Positions 33,401 to 47,659 of a stretch of 64,000 nt of DNA are shown piece after piece. Position 1 is the first letter of the stretch; each line of letters opens with the position of its first letter. A program made the position numbers and the translations under genes. This DNA comes from Eledone cirrhosa. Lineage: Eukaryota. The DNA is taken from NCBI GenBank assembly GCA_964016885.1, contig OZ024742.1, positions 375,162,001 through 375,226,000 of the forward strand. The letters run 5' to 3'. The notes under the pieces were generated by a model. It was given only the letters and a program-made list of their open reading frames with translations. It did no database searches and was not told where the DNA came from.

Positions 33401-35400
33401 TATATATTACTGTATTTCTAGTGTATATATATTACTGTATTTCTAGTGTATATATATTACTGTATTCCTAGTGTATATATATATTACTGTATTTCTAGTA
33501 TATATATATTACTGTATTTCTAGTGTATATATATTACTGTATTTCTAGTGTATATATATATATATTACTGTATTTCTGGTGTATATATATTACTGTATTT
33601 CTAGTGTATATATATTACTGTATTTCTAGTGTATATATATTACTGTATTTCAAGTGTATATATATTACTGTATTTCTAGTGTATATATTACTGTATTTCT
33701 AGTGTATATATATTACTGTATTTCTCATCTATATATATTACTGTATTTCTAGTGTATATATATTACTGTATTCCTAGTGTATATATTACTGTATTTCTAG
33801 TGTATATATATTACTGTATTCCTAGTGTATATATTACTGTATTTCTAGTGTAGAAATATTACTGTATTTCTAGTGTATATATCTTACTGTATTTCTAGTG
33901 TATATATATTACTGTATTTCTAGTGTATATATTACTGTATTTCTAGTGTATATATATTACTGTATTTCTCATCTATATATATTACTGTATTTCTAGTGTA
34001 TATATATTACTGTATTCCTAGTGTATATATTACTGTATTTCTAGTGTATATATATTACTGTATTTCTAGTGTATATATTACTGTATTTCTAGCGTATATA
34101 TATTACTGTATTTCTAGTGTATATATATATTACTGTATTTCTAGTGTATATATATTACTGTATTTCTAATGTATATATTACTGTATTTCTAGTGTATATA
34201 TATTACTGTATTTCTAGTGTATATATTACTGTATTTCTAGTGTATATATTACTGTATTTCTAGTGTATATATATTACTGTATTTCTAGTGTATATATATT
34301 ACTGTATTTCTAGTGTATATATATTACTGTATTTCTAGTGTATATATATATTACTGTATTTCTAGTGTATATATATATTACTGTATTTCTAGTGTATATA
34401 TATATTACTGTATTTCTAGTGTATATATATTACTGTATTCCTAGTGTATATATATTACTGTATTTCTAGTGTATATATATTACTGTATTTCTAGTGTATA
34501 TATATATTACTGTATTTCTAGTGTATATATATATTACTGTATTTCTAGTGTATATATATTACTGTATTTCTAATGTATATATTACTGTATTTCTAGTGTA
34601 TATATATTACTGTATTTCTAGTGTATATATTACTGTATTTCTAGTGTATATATATTACTGTATTCCTAGTGTATATATATTACTGTATTTCTAGTGTATA
34701 TATTACTGTATTTCTAGTGTATATATATTACTGTATTTCTAGTGTATATATATTACTGTATTCCTAGTGTATATATATATATTACTGTATTTCTAGTGTA
34801 TATATATTACTGTATTTCTAGTGTATATATATTACTGTATTTCTAGTGTATATATATTACTGTATTTCAAGTGTATATATATTACTGTATTTCTAGTGTA
34901 TATATTACTGTATTTCTAGTGTATATATTACTGTATTTCTAGTGTATATATTACTGTATTTCTAGTGTATATATATTACTGTATCTCTAGTGTATATATA
35001 TTACTGTATTTCTAGTGTATATATTACTGTATTCCTAGTGTATATATATTACTGTATTTCTAGTGTATATATTACTGTATTTCACGTGTATATATATTAC
35101 TGTATTGCTAGTGTATATATATTACTGTATTCCTAGTGTATATATATTACTCTATTTCTAGTGTATATATTACTGTATTTCTCGTGTATATATATTACTG
35201 TATTTCTAGTGTATATATATTACTGTATTCCTAGTGTATATATATATCTGTATTCCTAATGTATATATATTACTGTATTTCTGGTGTATATATTTACCGT
35301 ATTTCTAGTGTATATATCTTACTGTATTTCTAGTGTATATATATTACTGTATTCCTAGTGTATATATATTACTGTATTCCTAGTGTATATATATTACTGT
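27070..35400 (+). repeat. Tandem duplication of a 4162-4166-bp unit (junction about 31,230)
   Basis: CCTAGG 27176/31338 and 28411/32573 give 4162. GTAGAAA 29687/33853, CACGTG 30917/35083 and the ORFs at 30328/34494 give 4166. The shift is explained by a (TA)2 insertion near 33395. Confidence 0.9.
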
Positions 35401-38240
35401 ATTTCTAGTGTATATATATTACTGTATTTCTAGTATATATATATGACTGTATTTCTAGTGTATATATATTACTGTATTTCTAGTGTATATATATTACTGT
35501 ATTTCTAGTGTATATATGTTACTGTATTTCTAGTGTATATATTACTGTATTTCTAGTGTATATATATTACTGTATTTCTAGTGTATATATATTACTGTAT
35601 TTTAAGTGTATATATATTACTGTATTTCTAGTGTATATATTACTGTATTTCTAGTGTATATATTACTGTATTTCTAGTGTATATATTACTGTATTTCTAG
35701 TGTATATATATTACTGTATCTCTAGTGTATATATATTACTGTACTTCTAGTGTATATATTACTGTATTCCTAGTGTATATATATTACTGTATTTCTAGTG
35801 TATATATTACTGTATTTCTCGTGTATATATATTACTGTATTTCTAGTGTATATATATTACTGTATTTCTAGTGTATATATATTACTGTATTTCTAGTGTA
35901 TATATATATATATTACTGTATTTCTGGTGTATATATATTACTGTATTTCTAGTGTATATATATTACTGTATTTCTAGTGTATATATATTACTGTATTTCA
36001 AGTGTATATATATTACTGTATTTCTAGTGTATATATTACTGTATTTCTAGTGTATATATATTACTGTATTTCTCATCTATATATATTACTGTATTTCTAG
36101 TGTATATATATTACTGTATTCCTAGTGTATATATTACTGTATTTCTAGTGTATATATATTACTGTATTCCTAGTGTATATATTACTGTATTTCTAGTGTA
36201 GAAATATTACTGTATTTCTAGTGTATATATCTTACTGTATTTCTAGTGTATATATATTACTGTATTTCTAGTGTATATATTACTGTATTTCTAGTGTATA
36301 TATATTACTGTATTTCTCATCTATATATATTACTGTATTTCTAGTGTATATATATTACTGTATTCCTAGTGTATATATTACTGTATTTCTAGTGTATATA
36401 TATTACTGTATTTCTAGTGTATATATTACTGTATTTCTAGCGTATATATATTACTGTATTTCTAGTGTATATATATATTACTGTATTTCTAGTGTATATA
36501 TATTACTGTATTTCTAATGTATATATTACTGTATTTCTAGTGTATATATATTACTGTATTTCTAGTGTATATATTACTGTATTTCTAGTGTATATATTAC
36601 TGTATTTCTAGTGTATATATATTACTGTATTTCTAGTGTATATATATTACTGTATTTCTAGTGTATATATATTACTGTATTTCTAGTGTATATATATATT
36701 ACTGTATTTCTAGTGTATATATATATTACTGTATTTCTAGTGTATATATATATTACTGTATTTCTAGTGTATATATATTACTGTATTCCTAGTGTATATA
36801 TATTACTGTATTTCTAGTGTATATATATTACTGTATTTCTAGTGTATATATATATTACTGTATTTCTAGTGTATATATATATTACTGTATTTCTAGTGTA
36901 TATATATTACTGTATTTCTAATGTATATATTACTGTATTTCTAGTGTATATATATTACTGTATTTCTAGTGTATATATTACTGTATTTCTAGTGTATATA
37001 TATTACTGTATTCCTAGTGTATATATATTACTGTATTTCTAGTGTATATATTACTGTATTTCTAGTGTATATATATTACTGTATTTCTAGTGTATATATA
37101 TTACTGTATTCCTAGTGTATATATATATATTACTGTATTTCTAGTGTATATATATTACTGTATTTCTAGTGTATATATATTACTGTATTTCTAGTGTATA
37201 TATATTACTGTATTTCAAGTGTATATATATTACTGTATTTCTAGTGTATATATTACTGTATTTCTAGTGTATATATTACTGTATTTCTAGTGTATATATT
37301 ACTGTATTTCTAGTGTATATATATTACTGTATCTCTAGTGTATATATATTACTGTATTTCTAGTGTATATATTACTGTATTCCTAGTGTATATATATTAC
37401 TGTATTTCTAGTGTATATATTACTGTATTTCACGTGTATATATATTACTGTATTGCTAGTGTATATATATTACTGTATTCCTAGTGTATATATATTACTC
37501 TATTTCTAGTGTATATATTACTGTATTTCTCGTGTATATATATTACTGTATTTCTAGTGTATATATATTACTGTATTCCTAGTGTATATATATATCTGTA
37601 TTCCTAATGTATATATATTACTGTATTTCTGGTGTATATATTTACCGTATTTCTAGTGTATATATCTTACTGTATTTCTAGTGTATATATATTACTGTAT
37701 TCCTAGTGTATATATATTACTGTATTCCTAGTGTATATATATTACTGTATTTCTAGTGTATATATATTACTGTATTTCTAGTATATATATATGACTGTAT
37801 TTCTAGTGTATATATATTACTGTATTTCTAGTGTATATATATTACTGTATTTCTAGTGTATATATGTTACTGTATTTCTAGTGTATATATTACTGTATTT
37901 CTAGTGTATATATATTACTGTATTTCTAGTGTATATATATTACTGTATTTTAAGTGTATATATATTACTGTATTTCTAGTGTATATATTACTGTATTTCT
38001 AGTGTATATATTACTGTATTTCTAGTGTATATATTACTGTATTTCTAGTGTATATATATTACTGTATCTCTAGTGTATATATATTACTGTACTTCTAGTG
38101 TATATATTACTGTATTCCTAGTGTATATATATTACTGTATTTCTAGTGTATATATTACTGTATTTCTCGTGTATATATATTACTGTATTTCTAGTGTATA
38201 TATATTACTGTATTTCTAGTGTATATATATTACTGTATTC
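33545..38240 (+). repeat. Tandem duplication of a 2348-bp unit (junction about 35,890)
   Basis: The (TA)7-CTGG monomer lies at 33576/35924, GTAGAAA at 33853/36201, CACGTG at 35083/37431 and identical ORFs at 34494/36842; all offsets are 2348. Confidence 0.9.
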
Positions 38241-41200
38241 CTAGTGTATATATATTACTGTATTCCTAGTGTATATATATTACTGTATTTCTGGTGTATA
38301 TATATTACTGTATTCCTAGTGTATATATTACTGTATATCTAATGTATATATTACTGTATTCCTAGTGTATATATATTACTGTATTCCTAGTGTATGTATT
38401 ACTGTATTTCTAGTGTATATATATTACTGTATTTCTAGTGTATATATATTACTGTATTTCTAGTGTATATATATTACTGTATTCCTAGTGTATATATATT
38501 ACTGTATTCCTAGTGTATATATATATTACTGTATTTCTAGTATATATATATTACTGTATTTCTAGTGTATATATATTACTGTATTTCTAGTGTATATATA
38601 TTACTGTATTCCTAGTGTATATATATATTACTGTATTTCTAGTATATATATATTACTGTATTTCTAGTGTATATATATTACTGTATTTCTAGTGTATATA
38701 TATATATTACTGTATTTCTAGTGTATATATATTACTGTATTTCTAGTGTATATATATTACTGTATTTCTAGTGTATATATATTACTGTATTTCAAGTGTA
38801 TATATATTACTGTATTTCTAGTGTATATATTACTGTATTTCTAGTGTATATATATTACTGTATTTCTCATCTATATATATTACTGTATTTCTAGTGTATA
38901 TATATTACTGTATTCCTAGTGTATATATTACTGTATTTCTAGTGTATATATATTACTGTATTCCTAGTGTATATATTACTGTATTTCTAGTGTATATATA
39001 TTACTGTATTTCTAGTGTATATATCTTACTGTATTTCTAGTGTATATATATTACTGTATTTCTAGTGTATATATTACTGTATTTCTAGTGTATATATATT
39101 ACTGTATTTCTCATCTATATATATTACTGTATTTCTAGTGTATATATATTACTGTATTCCTAGTGTATATATTACTGTATTTCTAGTGTATATATATTAC
39201 TGTATTTCTAGTGTATATATTACTGTATTTCTAGCGTATATATATTACTGTATTTCTAGTGTATATATATATTACTGTATTTCTAGTGTATATATATATT
39301 ACTGTATTTGTAGTGTATATATATTACTGTATTTCTAATGTATATATTACTGTATTTCTAGTGTATATATTACTGCATTTCTAGTGTATATATATTACTG
39401 TATTTCTAGTGTATATATATTACTGTATTTCTAGTGTATATATATTACTGTATTTCTAGTGTATATATATTACTGTATTTCTAGTGTATATATATTACTG
39501 TATTTCTAGTGTATATATTACTGTATTTCTAGTGTATATATATTACTGTATTTCTAGTGTATATATTACTGTATTTCTAGTGTATATATATTACTGCATT
39601 TCTAGTGTATATATATTACTGTATTTCTAGTGTATATATATTACTGTATTCCTAGTGTATATATATTACTGTATTTCTAGTGTATATATTACTGTATTTC
39701 TAGTGTATATATATTACTGTATTTCTAGTGTATATATATTACTGTATTCCTAGTGTATATATATTACTGTATTTCTAGTATATATATATTACTGTATTTC
39801 TAGTGTATATATATTACTGTATTTCTAGTGTATATATAATACTGTATTCCTAGTGTATATATATTACTGTATTCCTAGTGTATATATTACTGTATTCCTA
39901 GTGTATATATATTACTGTATTTCTAGTGTATATATATTACTGTATTTCTAGTGTATATATATTACTGTATTTCTAGTGTATATATATTACTGTATTTCTA
40001 GTATATATATATTACTGTATTTCTAGTGTATATATATTACTGTATTTCTAGTGTATATATAATACTGTATTCCTAGTGTATATATATTACTGTATTCCTA
40101 GTGTATATATTACTGTATTCCTAGTGTATATATATTACTGTATTTCTAGTGTATATATATTACTGTATTTCTAGTGTATATATATTACTGTATTTCTAGT
40201 GTATATATATTACTGTATTTCAAGTGTATATATATTACTGTATTTCTAGTGTATATACTACTGTATTTCTAGTGTATATATTACTATATTTCTAGTGTAT
40301 ATATATTACTGTATCTCTAGTGTATATATATTACTGTATTTCTAGTGTATATATTACTGTATTCCTAGTGTATATATATTACTGTATTTCAAGTGTATAT
40401 ATTACTGTATTTCTCGTGTATATATATTACTGTATTTCTAGTGTATATATATTACTGTATTCCTAGTGTATATATATTACTGTATTTCTAGTGTATATAT
40501 TACTGTATTTCTTGTGTATATATATTACTGTATTTCTAGTGTATATATATTACTGTATTCCTAGTGTATATATATATCTGTATTCCTAATGTATATATAT
40601 TACTGTATTTCTGGTGTATATATTTACCGTATTTCTAGTGTATATATCTTACTGTATTTCTAGTGTATATATATTACTGTATTTCTAGTGTATATATATT
40701 ACTGTATTCCTAGTGTATATATATTACTGTATTTCTAGTGTATATATATTACTGTATTTCTAGTGTATATATATTACTGTATTTCTAGTGTATATATTAC
40801 TGTATTCCTAGTGTATATATTACTGTATTTCTAGTGTATATATTACTGTATTTCTCGTGTATATATATTACTGTATTTCTAGTGTATATATATTACTGTA
40901 TTCCTAGTATATATATATATCTGTATTCCTAGTTTATATATATTACTGTATTTCTGGTGTATATATATTACTGTATTTCTAGTGTATATATTTACTGTAT
41001 TTCTAGTGTATATATCTTACTGTATTTCTAGTGTATATATATTACTGTATTCCTAGTGTATATATATTACTGTATTTTAAGTGTATATATATTACTGTAT
41101 TTCTAGTGTATATATTACTGTATTTCTAGTGTATATATTACTGTATTTCTAGTGTATATATATTACTGTATCTCTAGTGTATATATATTACTGTATTTCT

Positions 41201-44200
41201 AGTGTATATATTACTGTATACCTAGTGTATATATATTACTGTATTTCTAGTGTATATATTACTGTATTTCTCGTGTATATATATTACTGTATTTCTAGTG
41301 TATATATATTACTGTATTCCTAGTATATATATATATCTGTATTCCTAGTGTATATATATTACTGTATTTCTGGTGTATATATATTATTGTATTTCTAGTG
41401 TATATATATTACTGTATTCCTAGTGTATATATATATCTGTATTCCTAGTGTATATATATTACTGTATTCCTAGTGTATATATATTACTGTATTTCTAGTG
41501 TATATATATTACTGTATTCCTAGTGTATGTATATTACTGTATTTCTAGTGTATATATATTACTGTATTCCTAGTGTATATATATTACTGTATTTCTAGTG
41601 TATATATATTACTGTATTTCTAGTGTATATATTACTGTATTTCTAGTATATAAATATTACTGTATTTCTAGTGTATATATATTACTGTATTTCTAGTATA
41701 TATATTACTGTATTCCTAGTGTATATATTACTGTATTTCTAGTGTATATATATTACTGTATTTCTAATATATATATATTACTGTATTTCTGCTGTATATA
41801 TATTACTGTGTTTCTAGTGTATATATATTACGGTATTTCTACTGTATATATATTACTGTATTTCTAGTGTATATATATTACTGTATTTCTAGTGTATATA
41901 TATTACTGTATTTGTAGTGTATATATATTACTGTATTTCTAGTGTATATATATTACTGTATTTCTAGTGTATATATTACTGTATTTCTAGTATATATATA
42001 TTACTGTATTTCTAGTGTATATATATTACTGTATTTCTAGTATATATATTACTGTATTCCTAGTGTATATATATTACTGTGTTTCTAGTGTATATATATT
42101 ACTGTATTCCTAGTGTATATATATTACTGTATTTCTAGTGTATATATATTACTGTATTCCTAGGGTATATATATTACTGTATTTCTAGTGTATATATATT
42201 ACTGTATTTCTAGTGTATATATTACTGTATCTCTGGTGTATATATATTACTGTATTTCTAGTGTATATATATTACTGGATTTCTAGTGTATATATATTAC
42301 TGTATTTCTAGTGTATATATATATTACTGTATTTCTAGTGTATATATATTACTGTATTCCTAGTGTATATATATTACTGTATTCCTAGTGTATATATATA
42401 TCTGTATTCCTAGTGTATATATATTACTGTATTCCTAGTGTATATATATTACTGTATTTCTAGTGTATATATATTACTGTATTTCTGGTGTATATATATT
42501 ACTGTATTCCTAGTGTATATATTACTGTATATCTAATGTATATATTACTGTATTCCTAGTGTATATATATTACTGTATTCCTAGTGTATGTATTACTGTA
42601 TTTCTAGTGTATATATATTACTGTATTTCTAGTGTATATATATTACTGTATTTCTAGTGGATATATATTACTGTGTTCCTAGTGTATATATATTACTGTA
42701 TTCCTAGTGTATATATATTACTGTATTTCTAGTGTATATATATTACTGTATTCCTAGTGTATATATTACTGTATATCTAGTGTATATATTACTGTATTCC
42801 TAGTGTATATATATTACTGTATTCCTAGTGTATATATTACTGTATTTCTAGTGTATATATATTACTGTATTTCTAGTGTATATATATTACTGTATTTCTA
42901 GTGTATATATATTACTGTATTCCTAGTGTATATATATTACTGTATTCCTAGTGTATATATATATTACTGTATTTCTAGTATATATATATTACTGTATTTC
43001 TAGTGTATATATATTACTGTATTTCTAGTGTATATATATTACTGTATTCCTAGTGTATATATATATTACTGTATTTCTAGTATATATATATTACTGTATT
43101 TCTAGTGTATATATATTACTGTATTTCTAGTGTATATATATATATTACTGTATTTCTAGTGTATATATATTACTGTATTTCTAGTGTATATATATTACTG
43201 TATTTCTAGTGTATATATATTACTGTATTTCAAGTGTATATATATTACTGTATTTCTAGTGTATATATTACTGTATTTCTAGTGTATATATATTACTGTA
43301 TTTCTCATCTATATATATTACTGTATTTCTAGTGTATATATATTACTGTATTCCTAGTGTATATATTACTGTATTTCTAGTGTATATATATTACTGTATT
43401 CCTAGTGTATATATTACTGTATTTCTAGTGTAGAAATATTACTGTATTTCTAGTGTATATATCTTACTGTATTTCTAGTGTATATATATTACTGTATTTC
43501 TAGTGTATATATTACTGTATTTCTAGTGTATATATATTACTGTATTTCTCATCTATATATATTACTGTATTTCTAGTGTATATATATTACTGTATTCCTA
43601 GTGTATATATTACTGTATTTCTAGTGTATATATATTACTGTATTTCTAGTGTATATATTACTGTATTTCTAGCGTATATATATTACTGTATTTCTAGTGT
43701 ATATATATATTACTGTATTTCTAGTGTATATATATATTACTGTATTTCTAGTGTATATATATTACTGTATTTCTAATGTATATATTACTGTATTTCTAGT
43801 GTATATATATTACTGTATTTCTAGTGTATATATTACTGTATTTCTAGTGTATATATTACTGCATTTCTAGTGTATATATATTACTGTATTTCTAGTGTAT
43901 ATATATTACTGTATTCCTAGTGTATATATATTACTGTATTTCTAGTGTATATATTACTGTATTTCTAGTGTATATATATTACTGTATTTCTAGTGTATAT
44001 ATATTACTGTATTCCTAGTGTATATATATTACTGTATTTCTAGTATATATATATATTACTGTATTTCTAGTGTATATATATTACTGTATTTCTAGTGTAT
44101 ATATAATACTGTATTCCTAGTGTATATATATTACTGTATTCCTAGTGTATATATTACTGTATTCCTAGTGTATATATATTACTGTATTTCTAGTGTATAT

Positions 44201-47200
44201 ATATTACTGTATTTCTAGTGTATATATATTACTGTATTTCTAGTGTATATATATTACTGTATTTCTAGTATATATATATTACTGTATTTCTAGTGTATAT
44301 ATATTACTGTATTTCTAGTGTATATATAATACTGTATTCCTAGTGTATATATATTACTGTATTTCAAGTGTATATATATTACTGTATTTCTAGTGTATAT
44401 ATTACTGTATTTCTAGTGTATATACTACTGTATTTCTAGTGTATATATTACTGTATTTCTAGTGTATATATATTACTGTATTTCTAGTGTATATATTACT
44501 GTATTCCTAGTGTATATATATTACTGTATTTCAAGTGTATATATTACTGTATTTCTCGTGTATATATATTACTGTATTTCTAGTGTATATATATTACTGT
44601 ATTCCTAGTGTATATATATTACTGTATTTCTAGTGTATATATTACTGTATTTCTTGTGTATATATATTACTGTATTTCTAGTGTATATATATTACTGTAT
44701 TCCTAGTGTATATATATATCTGTATTGCTAATGTATATATATTACTGTATTTCTGGTGTATATATTTACCGTATTTCTAGTGTATATATCTTACTGTATT
44801 TCTAGTGTATATATATTACTGTATTCCTAGTGTATATATATTACTGTATTTCTAGTGTATATATATTACTGTATTCCTAGTGTATATATATTACTGTATT
44901 CCTAGTGTATATATATATCTGTATTCCTAGTGTATATATATTACTGTATTCCTAGTGTATATATATTACTGTATTTCTAGTGTCTATATATTACTGTATT
45001 CCTAGTGTATATATTACTGTATATCTAGTGTATATATTACTGTATTTCTAGTGTATATATATTAATGTATTTCTAGTGTATATATATTACTGTATTCCTA
45101 GTGTATATATATTACTGTATTTCTAGTGTACATATATTACTGTATTTCTAGTGTATATATATTACTGTATTTCTAGTGTCTATATATTACTGTATTCCTA
45201 GTGTATATATTACTGTATATCTAGTGTATATATTACTGTATTTCTAGTGTATATATATTACTGTATTTCTAGTGTATATATATTACTGTATTCCTAGTGT
45301 ATATATATTACTGTATTTCTAGTGTATATATATTACTGTATTTCTAGTGTATATATATTTCTGTATTTCTAGTGTATATATTACTGTATTCCTAGTGTAT
45401 ATATTACTGTATTTCTAGTGTATATATTACTGTATTTCTCGTGTATATATATTACTGTATTTCTAGCGTATATATATTACTGTATTCCTAGTATATATAT
45501 ATATCTGTATTCCTAGTTTATATATATTACTGTATTTCTGGTGTATATATATTACTGTATTTCTAGTGTATATATTTACTGTATTTCTAGTGTATATATC
45601 TTACTGTATTTCTAGTGTATATATATTACTGTATTCCTAGTGTATATATATTACTGTATTTTAAGTGTATATATATTACTGTATTTCTAGTGTATATATT
45701 ACTGTATTTCTAGTGTATATATTACTGTATTTCTAGTGTATATATATTACTGTATCTCTAGTGTATATATATTACTGTATTTCTAGTGTATATATTACTG
45801 TATACCTAGTGTATATATATTACTGTATTTCTAGTGTATATATTACTGTATTTCTCGTGTATATATATTACTGTATTTCTAGTGTATATATATTACTGTA
45901 TTCCTAGTATATATATATATCTGTATTCCTAGTGTATATATATTACTGTATTTCTGGTGTATATATATTACTGTATTTCTAGTGTATATATATTACTGTA
46001 TTCCTAGTGTATATATATATCTGTATTCCTAGTGTATATATATTACTGTATTCCTAGTGTATATATATTACTGTATTTCTAGTGTATATATATTACTGTA
46101 TTCCTAGTGTATGTATATTACTGTATTTCTAGTGTATATATATTACTGTATTCCTAGTGTATATATATTACTGTATTTCTAGTGTATATATATTACTGTA
46201 TTTCTAGTGTATATATTACTGTATTTCTAGTATATATATTACTGTATTCCTAGTGTATATATTACTGTATTTCTAGTGTATATATATTACTGTATTTCTA
46301 ATATATATATATTACTGTATTTCTGCTGTATATATATTACTGTGTTTCTAGTGTATATATATTACGGTATTTCTACTGTATATATATTACTGTATTTCTA
46401 GTGTATATATATTACTGTATTTCTAGTGTATATATATTACTGTATTTGTAGTGTATATATATTACTGTATTTCTAGTGTATATATATTACTGTATTTCTA
46501 GTGTATATATTACTGTATTTCTAGTATATATATATTACTGTATTTCTAGTGTATATATATTACTGTATTTCTAGTATATATATTACTGTATTCCTAGTGT
46601 ATATATTACTGTATTCCTAGTGTATATATATTATTGTGTTTCTAGTGTATATATATTACTGTATTCCTAGTGTATATATATTACTGTATTTCTAGTGTAT
46701 ATATATTACTGTATTCCTAGGGTATATATATTACTGTATTTCTAGTGTATATATATTACTGTATTTCTAGTGTATATATTACTGTATCTCTGGTGTATAT
46801 ATATTACTGTATTTCTAGTGTATATATATTACTGGATTTCTAGTGTATATATATTACTGTATTTCTAGTGTATATATATATTACTGTATTTCTAGTGTAT
46901 ATATATTACTGTATTCCTAGTGTATATATATTACTGTATTCCTAGTGTATATATATATCTGTATTCCTAGTGTATATATATTACTGTATTCCTAGTGTAT
47001 ATATATTACTGTATTTCTAGTGTATATATATTACTGTATTTCTAGTGTATATATATTACTGTATTCCTAGTGTATATAATACTGTATTTCTAGTGTATAT
47101 ATATTATTGTATTCCTAGTATATATATATATCTGTATTCCTAGTGTATATATATTACTGTATTCCTAGTGTATATATATTACTGTATTTCTAGTGTATAT

Positions 47201-47495
47201 ATATTACTGTATTCTTAGTGTATATATATTACTGTATTTCTAGTGTATATATATATTACTGTATTCCTAGTGTATATATTACTGTGTTTCTAGTGTATAT
47301 ATATTACTGTATTTCTAGTGTATATATATTACTGTATTCCTAGTGTATATATTACTGTGTTTCTAGTGTATATATATTACTGTATTTCTAATGTATATAT
47401 ATTACTGTATTCCTAGTGTATATATTACTGTATTTCTAGTGTATATATATTACTGTATTCCTAGTGTATATATATTACTGTATTCCTAGTGTATA
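35895..47495 (+). repeat. Duplicated block of about 11.6 kb, copy 2 (copy 1 at about 10560-22225)
   Basis: Marker order matches copy 1. The offset drifts from 25,338 to 25,315 to 25,267 because whole monomers are lost near 40240 (23 bp) and near 46220 (about 50 bp). Confidence 0.9.
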
Positions 47496-47659
47496 TATAT
47501 TACTGTATTCCTAGTGTATATATATTACTGTATTTCTAGTGTATATATATTACTGTATTTCTAGTGTATATATATTATTGTATTTCTAGTGTATATATAT
47601 TACTGTATTCCTAGTGTATATATATTACTGTATTTCTAGTGTATATATATTACTGTATT

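Larger units (their letters stand above)
1..47500 (+). repeat. Satellite sub-domain L (left variant repertoire)
   Basis: Variants TTTCAAGTG, CTCATCTA, GTAGAAAT (10868, 18118, 23960, 29687, 33853, 36201, 43433), CCTAGGG and TTTCACGTG were seen only left of about 47.5 kb. Confidence 0.8.

Noticed and set aside
10560-47495. Large direct repeats as LTRs or ends of a mobile element
   Set aside because: The repeats and the intervening DNA are all the same satellite. There is no coding region, primer-binding site, terminal inverted repeat or target-site duplication.
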